From Balanoglossus misakiensis (lineage: Eukaryota; Animalia; Hemichordata): a stretch of DNA of 64,000 nucleotides. How positions within the stretch are numbered: position 1 is the stretch's first letter; each line of letters opens with the position of its first letter. Below the pieces are notes generated by a model that saw only the letters and a list, made by a program, of their open reading frames with translations, was not told the DNA's origin and made no database searches. Of this stretch, positions 28,398-40,619 are shown piece after piece. The DNA lies in NCBI GenBank assembly GCA_040954595.2, contig CM082585.2, forward strand, positions 10,767,995 through 10,831,994, written 5' to 3'. Both the position numbers and the translations under genes were made by a program.

Positions 28398-31147
28398 TCA
28401 TGTCTGGATGGATTTCTCTGTTGTCTCGACTGACTGAATAAACTCCACCACTTTGTCGTAAGATCTTTGGCAAGAGTCCTTGTAGAAAGCTTGTGGGAAA
28501 ATGACAACAATTTACATCACAATTTTTTATTCATATAAAGAAGCTCTAAGGTCAAAAGTAATGCCAAAAGAGGTTGACTATATCCCTTTAATGTCAAGAG
28601 GACTGACTTACATACCTGGAAGGTGAAAGTACGAGTGGATGGTTCCTTCCATCAAGAACACTTCAACAGAAACACTGGCAGATTTTAATTTTTCTGCGTA
28701 TGCTGAGAAAAAAAACACCACAAAATAGAGGCAAAATGGTCTAACAAACGAGAACTGTAGTAACTATGCATTTAATGTAAATACTAGTATTAAAATATAG
28801 TCGTCTTTTTATTAAGAGAAAATGCACCAAAATTTGAATTTTCAATGTCGTCTGCTCCTTACCGAGACCTTCATCGCGCAGAGGGTCACATTCTGTAATA
28901 ATAATCAAACATGGCGGCTGGCCAACAAAACTGGAGTCGTCCCGCCGAAGACATGAAATGTAGCTTCCTTTTCTATCTTCCCAACTCATCGAATGGTTCA
29001 TAAACCTGTGTTTAAGGTGGGCACGGTTTTACTGCGTGTCACGAGTCAGAACTAAATGGGTTTGCTTGTGTTTAGTCGCGCTTTGTGTCACGTGACTGGC
29101 AATCGGTCACCGGCTAAAAACATAACCACTGCCCCAGCCCGAAAATTCTCGTTTTTATAAACCACACTCCTTCTTTACTACTGTGAACTAAGAAAAAGGA
29201 GTTTTACGCCTCAGAAATCGATGGCAACAAATGCGGGAAAAACACTGTTATTCACTAAAATGTTTCAAAGGAGTGGAGAAGTCTTACCATTGAACTGATT
29301 TATGGTCCAACACGAAACCTTCACTGAATTCCTTGTGGCTGGGATAGCTTTGCGTCAGCTCCACGGCTGGGTAAACTAGAACCTGTTGAAAACAAAATGT
29401 ATAGATTGTACATTGTTTCGCCACTGATGACGTCATCTCGATAAAGTGCTTGGTGGAATAGCTGGCAGGATGCATACAGGTATCTGATCGAGTTGGAGTT
29501 TTGTGGTGTTTATGACAAAAATGACTGTGGTTCTTTGAAAGAGCTTTGACTACAAAAAATGCAAGTACCAATAGCAATTTTGTGGCCAATACAAAATGTA
29601 TTGCGATAAACAGTTTGGTAAGAACACTGTCCACTGTCATAACACATGAAGTATACTTCATGTGTCACCAACGAAAATCAAACGTCACCTGATAGTCTAA
29701 CCCCTTGACTTCATGACAGACAATCGAAGCGACATTCCCGCCATGACTATCACCTCCAACTCCCACAATGCTTCTTGGTCCGCCACCAATCGACTCCTTG
29801 TTCTCCATCACCCACTTGGTGACGCTGATGCCGTCGTCGGCATACGCCGGGCATCGGTATTCGGGTGCCAGGCGGTATTCCACGTTGACGACCACGAAAG
29901 ACCCTTGGCTTCGACAGGAAACGCACACAATTCGAGAAAATATGTAGTATAGGATTCAATCATGGTCAAGATGCTCAGTTCAAATCTTACATTGGTCTGT
30001 CTCCGAATGTTTGTGCAAAACATCACAGTTCTTCAAATTTTTGTATCAACGACTTTGCACGGACCCCATTATATATACTAGTACACAACCACTGAGGAGA
30101 TTGGAAAATCGGAATCTAGACCGATCTGACCACTCTCCCCCACTATAACATTGTTCAGCCCTCGTACCTGGATAATGACCGACAGAGTGTGTCGACCATG
30201 TCACGTGACCCCACACAATCTCCTCCGCCGTGGAAGTATACAAACACCGGCGCGTTGGCTTGGATACCGACTGGTTTATAAATACGCACTGGTATGCCAT
30301 CTGCGAATGATAAGCAGAATCACGTCAGCATGATTTTGCAGTTTCCAAAGCCAGAGGAGCAGTCCCCCCCCCAATGCGCCAACCATCGGCAGTCACCGAT
30401 TGAATCCACCCAACTTTTAAAGCGTCACACACACACACACATGCGACTGGAGATTTGCGCCTATACCACGGGTCAAACTTTACCAGAAATGTTATATATC
30501 TTTTTTGACAATTATCAGTCGTATGTCGCGCCGTATCAGTCAGCCAGGTAGTAGTGTTTTTTAGAGTTCAAAGTACAAGGGAAACAGGACAGTTTGAAAC
30601 CCGATTAGAATCAGCTGTACAGATAGGCGACGTCTGTAACATTTGCTTGATCTCTTCTACTAGCGTTGTTCTGCACTGCAGCGCAGACACCTGTGCACTG
30701 CAGCAACAGGTCACGAATATCAGAGACCGTGGAGAGACCAAGCAAAGGTAAAGACGCCGCCTAGTTCTACAGATGATTTCAATCGGATTATGCAGTTTGT
30801 GGAGCGCGACCGTGACTTTGATCATAGCGGATCCTGCTGGAATCATCATGGGATGTGGGTAAAAATAATCTTTGAAGGCTACCTATACCTGCGAAATGTG
30901 GTACGGGAACGATTATATCCCGTATTTCTCCGCTGAATTCAAACTCCCCACCAAATTTTTTGGCCGTCATCAGGGATGCAGACCGTGCATCTTCTACGCT
31001 CAACTCGTAGTAGGGTTTTCTTGCACCGCTACGGGTTCCTTCCTCCACCAACTGCAAGAACTTCTCCGTCTCCGCCGTGAGACGGTACTGCTTCGTCTTT
31101 ATAGTTGCCGGGGACGACAGTTTTTGTCTGGAGTCACTCTCCGCCAT
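28398..31147 (-). CDS. HSL-like (GDXG, Abhydrolase_3) carboxylesterase, paralogue B, 7 exons, 342 aa
   Basis: Exons 30889-31147, 30168-30300, 29689-29908, 29288-29382, 28863-29005, 28616-28702 and 28398-28489 (1029 nt) have the same intron positions and phases as paralogue A. Motifs: YFHGGGDCVG, VEYRLAPE, GGDSHGG, LVYP, CDPLRDEG, IHSY. Confidence 0.92.
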
Positions 31148-31474
31148 GTTGAAATTCGAGATCTGACTGCCGGAACATACCCTAACAATCGCGAAGTTTA
31201 TATGGAGCACAGGGTCACCTTCTTGTGACATTTGACCTGCCCACGATACATTTACCAGTGCCTTCCCGTGATAAAATCAGGATCATTTCATCACAATGGC
31301 GGTTTGTCATAACGTCATCATGAGTCTTGCTTTGATTCCAATTTCAAGGAGAGGGGTGAACAGTACATAACATTTGACACAAAGGCTTTGCACCATAGAC
31401 CCTGCAGCTCCAAACCTCTGAACTTCGGGAGGAAATCTTGTTTCAGACATTGGCATCTGCTATAACGCCCTCTA

Positions 31475-34400
31475 CACAGCTAAAGATTGACAGACCTGCA
31501 CCAGGATTTGTCTGCACCGGGTCTGTCACATGCGTGCAGCATACCTGCCCTGTCAGGTATGCTGCATGTCTGACATGCAAGCCATGCACCAGACCTGATC
31601 TGTCAGACCTGCCACAGGTCTGATCTGCCAGACCTGCACCAGGTCTGTCCCGTCAGACCTGCAGCAGGCCTGTTAGAACAGACCAGCACCAGGTCTGTCC
31701 CGTCAGACCTGCACCAGGTCTGTCCCGTCAGACCTGCAGCAGGCCTGTTAGAACAGACCTGCACCAGGTCTGTCCCGTCAGACCTGCAGCAGACCTGTTA
31801 GAACAGACCAGCACCAGGTCTGTCCCGTCAGACCTGCACCAGGTCTGTCCCGTCAGACCTGCAGCAGGCCTGTTAGAACAGACCTGCACCAGGTCTGTCC
31901 CATCAGACCTGCAGCAGGTCTGTCCCGTCAGACCTGCAGCAGGCCTGTTAGAACAGACCAGCACCAGGTCTGTCCCGTCAGACCTGCACCAGGTCTGTCC
32001 CGTCAGACCTGCAGCAGGCCTGTTAGAACAGACCAGCACCAGGTCTGTCCCGTCAGACCTGCACCAGGTCTGTCCCGTCAGACCTGCAGCAGGCCTGTTA
32101 GAACAGACCTGCACCAGGTCTGTCCCGTCAGACCTGCAGCAGACCTGTTAGAACAGACCAGCACCAGGTCTGTCCCGTCAGACCTGCACCAGGTCTGTCC
32201 CGTCAGACCTGCAGCAGGCCTGTTAGAACAGACCTGCACCAGGTCTGTCCCGTCAGACCTGCAGCAGACCTGTTAGAACAGACCAGCACCAGGTCTGTCC
32301 CGTCAGACCTGCAGCAGGTCTGTCCCGTCAGACCTGCAGCAGGTCTGTCCCGTCAGACCTGCAGCAGACCTGTTAGAACAGACCAGCACCAGGTCTGTCC
32401 CGTCAGACCTGCACCAGGTCTGTCCCGTCAGACCTGCAGCAGGCCTGTTAGAACAGACCTGCACCAGGTCTGTCCCGTCAGACCTGCAGCAGACCTGTTA
32501 GAACAGACCAGCACCAGGTCTGTCCCGTCAGACCTGCACCAGGTCTGTCCCGTCAGACCTGCAGCAGGCCTGTTAGAACAGACCTGCACCAGGTCTGTCC
32601 CGTCAGACCTGCAGCAGACCTGTTAGAACAGACCAGCACCAGGTCTGTCCCGTCAGACCTGCAGCAGGTCTGTCCCGTCAGACCTGCAGCAGGTCTGTCC
32701 CGTCAGACCTGCAGCAGACCTGTTAGAACAGACCAGCACCAGGTCTGTCCCGTCAGACCTGCACCAGGTCTGTCCCGTCAGACCTGCAGCAGGCCTGTTA
32801 GAACAGACCTGCACCAGGTCTGTCCCGTCAGACCTGCAGCAGACCTGTTAGAACAGACCAGCACCAGGTCTGTCCCGTCAGACCTGCACCAGGTCTGTCC
32901 CGTCAGACCTGCAGCAGGCCTGTTAGAACAGACCAGCACCAGGTCTGTCCTGTCAGACCTGCAGCAGGTCTGTCCCGTCAGACCTGCAGCAGACCTGTTA
33001 GAACAGACCAGCACCAGGTCTGTCCCGTCAGACCTGCACCAGGTCTGTCACGTCAGACCTGCAGCAGGCCTGTTAGAACAGACCAGCACCAGGTCTGTCC
33101 CGTCAGACCTGCACCAGGTCTGTCCCGTCAGACCTGCAGCAGGCCTGTTAGAACAGACCAGCACCAGGTCTGTCCCGTCAGACCTGCACCAGGTCTGTCC
33201 CGTCAGACCTGCAGCAGGCCTGTTAGAACAGACCAGCACCAGGTCTGTCCCATCAGACCTGCACCAGGTCTGTCCCGTCAGACCTGCAGCAGGCCTGTTA
33301 GAACAGACCTGCACCAGGTCTGTCCCGTCAGACCTGCACCAGGTCTGTCCCGTCAGACCTGCAGCAGGCCTGTTAGAACAGACCTGCACCAGGTCTGTCC
33401 CGTCAGACCTGCACCAGGTCTGTCCCGTCAGACCTGCAGCAGGCCTGTTAGAACAGACCAGCACCAGGTCTGTCCCGTCAGACCTGCAGCAGGCCTGTTA
33501 GAACAGACCAGCACCAGGTCTGTCCCGTCAGACCTGCACCAGGTCTGTCCCGTCAGACCTGCAGCAGGCCTGTTAGAACAGACCTGCACCAGGTCTGTCC
33601 CGTCAGACCTGCAGCAGACCTGTTAGAACAGACCAGCACCGGACCTGTCCCGTCAGACCTGCACTAGGTCTGTCCCGTCAGACCTGCAGCAGGCCTGTTA
33701 GAACAGACCTGCACCAGGTCTGTCCCGTCAGACCTGCAGCAGGCCTGTTAGAACAGACCAGCACCAGGTCTGTCCCGTCAGACCTGCACCAGGTCTGTCC
33801 CGTCAGACCTGCAGCAGGCCTGTTAGAACAGACCTGCACCAGGTCTGTCCCGTCAGACCTGCAGCAGGCCTGTTAGAACAGACCAGCACCAGGTCTGTCC
33901 CGTCAGACCTGCACCAGGTCTGTCCCGTCAGACCTGCAGCAGGCCTGTTAGAACAGACCTGCACCAGGTCTGTCCCGTCAGACCTGCAGCAGACCTGTTA
34001 GAACAGACCAGCACCGGACCTGTCCCGTCAGACCTGCACCAGGTCTGTCCCGTCAGACCTGCAGCAGGCCTGTTAGAACAGACCTGCACCAGGTCTGTCC
34101 CGTCAGACCTGCAGCAGGCCTGTTAGAACAGACCAGCACCAGGTCTGTCCCGTCAGACCTGCACCAGGTCTGTCCCGTCAGACCTGCAGCAGGCCTGTTA
34201 GAACAGACCTGCACCAGGTCTGTCCCGTCAGACCTGCAGCAGACCTGTTAGAACAGACCTGCACCGGACCTGTCCCGTCAGACCTGCACCAGGTCTGTCC
34301 CGTCAGACCTGCAGCAGGCCTGTTAGAACAGACCTGCACCAGGTCTGTCCCGTCAGACCTGCAGCAGACCTGTTAGAACAGACCTGCACCGGACCTGTCC

Positions 34401-35323
34401 CGTCAGACCTGCACCAGACCTGTTCTGTCAGACCTGCAGCAGGCCTGACCCGTCAGACCTGCACCAGACCTGTTAGAACAGACCTGCACCAGACCTGTTA
34501 GAACAGACCAGCACCAGACCTGATCTGTCAGACCTGCCACAGGTCTGATCTGTCAGACCTGCCACAGGTCTGATCTGCCAGACCTGCACCAGGTCTGTTC
34601 TGACAGACCTGCACCAGGTCTGTCCCGTCAGACCTGCAGCAGGCCTGTTAGAACAGACCAGCACCAGGTCTGTCCCGTCAGACCTGCACCAGGTCTGTCC
34701 CGTCAGACCTGCAGCAGGCCTGTTAGAACAGACCTGCACCAGGTCTGTCCCGTCAGACCTGCAGCAGACCTGTTAGAACAGACCTGCACCGGACCTGTCC
34801 CGTCAGACCTGCACCAGACCTTTTCTGTCAGACCTGCAGCAGGCCTGACCCGTCATACCTGCACCAGACCTGTTAGAACAGACCTGCACCAGACCTGTTA
34901 GAACAGACCTGCACCGGACCTGTTAGAACAGACCTGCACCGGACCTGTTCTGTCAGACCTGCTGACAGCACGGGTGGGCAAGACTACCCAATTTATATCT
35001 TGGCTTGTTCAATGTGATGCTTGTCTATTGAGACGGAAACTATGTACGTTTGTGTGAATGTGGATGTGGACCACTGGGAACAGTTTTTAGGTGCAGGTCT
35101 GACAGGACAGACCTGCACCGGGTCTGACAGGACAGACCTGGTGCAGGTCTGACGGGACAGACCTGTGGCAGGTCTGTCAGGACAGACCTGGTGCATGTCT
35201 GATCCAGCAGACTGCTGCAGGTCTGGGGCCATATTGCTGCACATGACCTGTTGGTCAGACATGCACCGGACATGCACCGCTTCTGGTGCAGACCTGGTGC
35301 AGACCTGGTGAACTTTAGTTGTG
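31475..35323. mobile_element. Non-autonomous TIR DNA transposon (EnSpm/CACTA-like) with expanded subterminal repeats
   Basis: Left end TA|CACAGCTAAAG and right end CTTTAGTTGTG|TA form an 11-bp inverted match with one mismatch and TA on both flanks. CAGACCTG/CAGGTCTG repeats lie inside both ends, mostly in opposite orientation at 35090-35310. No transposase ORF. Confidence 0.72.
31590..34965. repeat. 25-bp palindromic minisatellite with two subtypes (GACCTGCACCAGGTCTGTCCCGTCA and GACCTGCAGCAGGCCTGTTAGAACA) arranged in 50/75/125-bp patterns
   Basis: Read directly. The 25-aa periodicity of the minus-strand ORFs reflects the 75-bp trimer. Confidence 0.97.
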
Positions 35324-37779
35324 TACAGAAACAACAGGGAATATAAAAACGAAAGTACCTTAAAACCTGATGACTGAGGACGCAATTTGAGATTTGGTCA
35401 TTGTCGCGTTTGTGGTAAAGAAATAATTTCAAGTGCTCTATTTCACTATTTTCTGCCATATTATAACAACTTGAAGTTAGCACTTGATGACCATGGTAAA
35501 ACAGATATGGCCTGAACTGGAAAGACAAAATTCGCCAGTGCCAAACGAAATTAATGGACTGTACTTCTGAATAAATACTAGTATTTTGTGACGTGTTATG
35601 ATAGATGTAAAATGCATTTTCAGCTGTTGTAACACGCCACGAAATTATTTTGTATTTTTTCTGATAATGGAGGTGACGAGATTTCGGCTGCCGGAGTTCC
35701 GGGTAGTTACCAGGTTGTTACCCCTACGCACCCCTTGCCTGTAAATCCGGGTAATGTAACAATCCGGGTCAGTTCCGTCAGCGAGCCACCATTCAACACA
35801 CGGATACGAAATTGAAGTTAACAACAAATAAATCACATTATTATTATTATCACAAACTTTTCAAAACAATGCTGAAGCACTTATCATACAATACATTTGC
35901 TTGCATGCCAACGTTAGTGTGATTTCGATAACCCGACCTACTTTGGCCGTACGTCCTGAAGACCTTTAATTTTCTTAGAGCCAAAAACTTTAAAAATAAT
36001 AGTTCAAATTTAATTATAGTGTCTTTGGGTCAGGCCGAAACGGTTTTACTTACAATGAATGAGTCGATTTTTAATATATCCATGATGCACTCTATACTAA
36101 ACTTGTTTTCCTGTTTATGGTGCACGAGGACAAACAAACAAAATTCGGGAAATGTGGACTTGCGTCGGTCATTTTAATAAAAACCCAGTGAGGCATGCAT
36201 TTTTAACAATAGGGAGTTGTCAATGAGCTGGACATCTTTCCAATTATGCGGAAACCTTTGTCCCTCAGACCACCCTGTTTACATGCTTTTCTTTTGAAAG
36301 AGAATGGAAAGTGGGCGGCCATATTGTCAGCAAATCTCTTCACAGACGTCATCAAACCAAGTTGTTTGTGACAGACGGTGCACCGATCGATGGCGTTTCA
36401 AAGGGTTCACGTCCCCCACAGGGGTCAAATACGCTTTCTGTTTCCAAATCGATTTGCCCCCTCCCCCGGCGCTTGAATATTTTAGCTGCATGGTGGTATA
36501 TGCGGCTATCATCAAATTTATTGCGAGACTGAAATCATTTTACTGATGTCGAAATATATCAGGTTGAGCGGTAAAACCAGCACCGTGGCCGTGACTTTTC
36601 TGGCCTAGGCCTACATGTAGCATCGTCCAAATTGCACTACAATTTTTTTTCTCCTTGGATGTGCGTTTACTGAACCTGACCGCCAAACATCAGTCTGGCT
36701 ATTATTTATGTGATACGAGTATAAAGAACATGGGCCATACGTTGTTATGATTGTTTTGATGGAAGCATGCTGGTGTGATCACGTGACCGACGGCAACCTT
36801 GCGATACGATCCCGGTCCCCAGATGGATGTGAGGTCGAACAATCAGCAAATAACAACACAGTATCAGTACAGTAGAGAATATAGAAGATTATTCTGCCCA
36901 TGGAATAGCATGTATGGATTAATGTTGTGCACGCAGTTTTCAGGGCAGTGAGACGGAATATTTCGTCTCACGTTTTGAATGCAATCTCCTGAAATGACAA
37001 AGAATTATAAAACGCAGCTCATTGGAGCTTTACAGCCCCAGGAACTCCAACTTTGGGCTATTTTTCCAGTATATTTGTTTCGTTCTACTCTGTAAAAGTG
37101 ATGTATATAGATATATATAGGCCTATACATCATGGGTTAAAAGAATCGACCACGCCCACTAGTTTGCTCCCCGCGACGATAGCAAGAAATTCTGACGTCA
37201 TTTACCGTCAAGCAGAATGGAGAATTAATGCGGCGTACATCCGCCTTGGTTGGGATTCCCAAAATCCTGAATCTACGCATACATGCAAAGAGAAGAATAC
37301 ACGCGCGCATGCGTACAACATTTTGAAACTTCTTAAAAAATTTCGGTCCCTTCTTACATTGCTGTAGGGCCTAAGAAAAAAAACCTTATGGGCGAGTAAT
37401 TAGTATGGATATTATTAATTGCTAAATTGTCTGATAACATGAGAAAGCGGGTCTCCACCTCCACTCCCGGCAGAGTGTTGGCCCAGGGTTTGACACAACA
37501 TGGCAATGGACAGTAGTACCCAGATGGAATGATAAATTGTATGTAAATTGCAAACGTATGTAATCGGTTTTGGTCATGGTTGGGATTGCACCAGTCATTC
37601 GCTATGGTCGTGATCCACTGACTGGGGAATGGTGAATCACTTTGTATTCAAATGAATCGAGGTCCGCCGTTTTGCTATAGAGACAAAAACACTGGATCCC
37701 TGCATAGTTCGTCGACCCCGCACTGCAAGGCCAGGCATGGTGACCCCCTAGGCCCTCGATACCTTGCCAGTCACTTTTA

Positions 37780-37850
37780 TTTATCACATAGCTGGGGCGT
37801 GTAGTGTTCAACGTAGCCAATCAGAGCGTCGAAAAATAGCGTGATCGAGA
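37780..37850 (+). promoter_or_regulatory. Probable proximal promoter of the Spot14-family gene (GC box, CCAAT box, SRE-like ATCAC motifs)
   Basis: ATCACATAG, GGGGCGTG, AGCCAATCAG and TAGCGTGAT fall within ~65 bp, about 230-290 bp upstream of the ATG. Confidence 0.5.
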
Positions 37851-38073
37851 AATAAATTAACATATTGTTAACGTATTACCTGTTTTCGTTTCCCTTTGAA
37901 CCAGTAATCAAACATCGTACGTTGTTTTGAGTGTGTGGTTAATATTTCTCTAAACGAAACGGACCGAAATTTCTCTGCATCTGTTCCCTTCGGATCATTC
38001 GGAGGCTGCACATGGTTGAAGCACAGCGGACGTACATTTCTTCTGTGAAACCGACATCGCTTGTGAAATAGAC

Positions 38074-38556
38074 ATGGATATACAACTCAGCGACAGGGAA
38101 AAGGTTCCCGAGAAATCTATACTCGGTATGATGAAACACTTCATCGAGGCTGTTAACGAGATGGACTCAACTGTCATGATACCAAGCCGTCTGTTGGACA
38201 TGAAGTTTGAAGACGGCCAGATTGATACAGAGAACGGTAACACATCTCTCGTTCACAAGGGGTTTGAATCCAGAGATTTACATTTGTATTATTCACTGCT
38301 TAAAACTGTCAAGCGAGACCTTGTAAAAGGCAATCTCTCGGAGAACGACAAGACGGAAGACGACGAAAGTTCGGAAGAAGAGGGCGGACAGAGCGAACAG
38401 GCTAGACAGGCTGCCAATTTATTCAGAGAACATTTACGCGGACTTTTCAATGTGCTTGAGCAACTTTCAGACATGGCAAAGTTTCTCACAAGCAAATACC
38501 AACAAGAGACAGGCGATTACCAGACTTGCCCGAAACCGAAGTCTTTCACGATGTAA
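38074..38556 (+). CDS. MID1IP1: Spot14 / MID1-interacting protein 1 (MIG12, G12-like) family protein, single exon, 160 aa
   Basis: N-terminal family motif SILGMMKHFIEAVNEMDSTVMIPSRLLD, central LHLYYSLLKTVKRDL, an acidic linker, and C-terminal zipper FREHLRGLFNVLEQLSDMAKFLTSKYQ. The symbol is family-level (co-orthologue of MID1IP1/THRSP). Confidence 0.93.
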   Translation: MDIQLSDREKVPEKSILGMMKHFIEAVNEMDSTVMIPSRLLDMKFEDGQIDTENGNTSLVHKGFESRDLHLYYSLLKTVKRDLVKGNLSENDKTEDDESSEEEGGQSEQARQAANLFREHLRGLFNVLEQLSDMAKFLTSKYQQETGDYQTCPKPKSFTM

Positions 38557-39148
38557 CTGTGTACATAGTACAGTGTATTTAGCTCAGGTGCAATCGGCGC
38601 CCGTGGCAAACAGAGACACGAAAACAACCCTTGTGGGAAACATTTCATGCGAGAATTTGTGCACAGTAATACTTTGTGCGTTTGTGATATTTAGATCTGG
38701 CGTACAAGGACGTCCAGACAACCCAGCTGGTCGAAATGAACATAGTGAAATCGATCGACGGCTTGTACTGTTGCATCATCGCTCTCGTCAAAACGACCAA
38801 ACAATTACGTCACATGTTTTTTTTCTAACGGTAACTACCCTGGTAACCAATGTACACGCTTCTCTGTATGACAACGAGTACTAACTCGACATGTAAATTT
38901 GACCATGCCCCGACTTAGGAAAGTTGGACGGCGATAGCATGTATTCTGGAAAATAACATTGACCTACAGAGTTCGAGCGGTCAAGGTTTCGACTCAGTGC
39001 TCAGTGCGCATATGGGCGCCTCATTATAACGGACAGACATTTATTTTTCATACCGAGGTCATGCACTTTTAAATTTACTTATTTGAAAAAAAAATGGTTG
39101 AAGTTTTGTATCCTGCTATATATTATCTGGATCAGTGAAATGGTCGCT

Positions 39149-39239
39149 TGCGCACGCACAATTGTCATATTGTGGTTCAGGATCCGGTTAATCATTTGAC
39201 CTGGATCCGGGAACTGCAAGTACTGTCGCCGTGTGCGCA
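39149..39239 (+). other. Long imperfect RNA-type hairpin in the probable 3' UTR of the Spot14-family gene
   Basis: Nested stems TGCGCACGC/GTGTGCGCA, TTGTGGTTC/GAACTGCAA, GGATCCG/TGGATCC and GTTAA/TTGAC close a TCAT loop. Several pairs are G-U on the plus strand. Confidence 0.6.
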
Positions 39240-40358
39240 CAACTGTATACTGTTATACATATTTGTTAGTATTTTCCTGTTTGTTTCTGGTTGTTAAGCG
39301 TGCTAAAGCCTGGAGAGAGAGAAAAATATGTCCCACAATATTCTGGTGCCAACGACCATTTCTCAACTTTTGAAACTCAAGTTGTATGTTTATTCAATTG
39401 TGATGTCTTTTCCTGTACGGCATCACGAAGAATGAAATTGAAAACGATGACAATTGTGTAAGTGTGCATTATTCCTCGCCAGCAATAGCCAAGTTTTTGT
39501 AGAATTTACATTAGTATTCGAGTTTAATTCAGTGTCAATGGTACGCACAAGATTTTCTTTATATTAACGCAATTAAAAAAAAAATTAAAGTGGATTTTTT
39601 TTCAAGATGGAACCCAAGTACTGAATTCTAGCAGTTCCGAGAATTGAAAATTGAATCTGAGCTTAAACGTGGATTTAACAGATGCAGAATTGTTTTGCGT
39701 TTACAAATAACCAGTTGCACTAAATGATTGGAATCTGCCACATTTCTTGTCTGCTAGATGCTCCATGTTTTACAGGGACGGACAAGTTCTTCCATTACTA
39801 ACATACAATTTTGGATACGAAATTCATAGTCCCAGTGAACAACTCTACACTCTACCCATGTTTTTGGATGTAGTGCATTTATTGCGAAAAACTAACCTTC
39901 AACCTTACTTTGATGTAAAATTTTGTACTGTTAAAAATTTCTCTACTTTTTTGCAACTAAAAAGTTAAACCGATTTAATCAAAATTTATTGAATTTTTGT
40001 AAGTAAACATTCTGTAAGTCGGAAGGAAACTGACATAAATATTTTCTATTATTTTTGTAATGAGAAATGGGAATTCCAAATAAAATTAATGGAATAACAA
40101 AAGTGAGAAACGTGTGTTTTGTAATGTGGCGTGGCTGCATTTATTACGAAATGAATTGTCATACAATTATTCACATAAAATGGTTATGAGCTCGTCACCA
40201 GGTCAAAAAACCCAGCGTAATAAGCTGGAAAAATGACTACTGTTGTAAGCACATCATCTAGTCGGGGATCCGCGTTGCTTATTAGTCCCCACCCTCCCCC
40301 CCCCCCCGATTCAGCTCAATGATACGTCATCAAGATGAACGCCCTACCCGGCCGGCCC

Positions 40359-40505
40359 TGCCGCCAACGAAATCCCCAAAAAGGTAAGTTCTTAACAGAA
40401 CATTGGTGGCGCTGTTGACGCCATCAGGGTGAACGCCTGCCGCCAACGAAGAAATCCCCGAAAAGGTAAGTTCTGCATAGAACACTGATGGCGCTGTTTA
40501 CCCGA
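40359..40505 (+). repeat. Imperfect ~78-bp tandem duplication flanking the satellite
   Basis: CTGCCGCCAACGAA...ATCCCC.AAAAGGTAAGTTCT...AGAACA.TG.TGGCGCTGTT occurs twice, at ~40359 and ~40437. Confidence 0.85.
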
Positions 40506-40619
40506 AGACGCCACCAGAGTTTTGAGCAGTGTACCGTACGTACCATGCGGTAAGGAAAGTGAAAAGATAGAATAATAAAATCATCAAAAGTCGAAAATTT
40601 GTCTCTTTGAAGATTTTCA

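Noticed and set aside
31590-34965. CRISPR-like appearance of palindromic repeats
   Set aside because: No unique spacers, no cas genes, and a spliceosomal eukaryotic context.
31728-35528. Cys-rich repetitive ORFs (VCSNRPAAGLTGQTWCRSDGTDL...)
   Set aside because: These are translations of the 25/75-bp minisatellite; the frame breaks whenever a 50-bp group occurs.
38557-39300. SECIS interpretation of the 3' UTR hairpin
   Set aside because: No AUGA/GA quartet with an apical AA, and the upstream CDS ends in TAA with no in-frame TGA.
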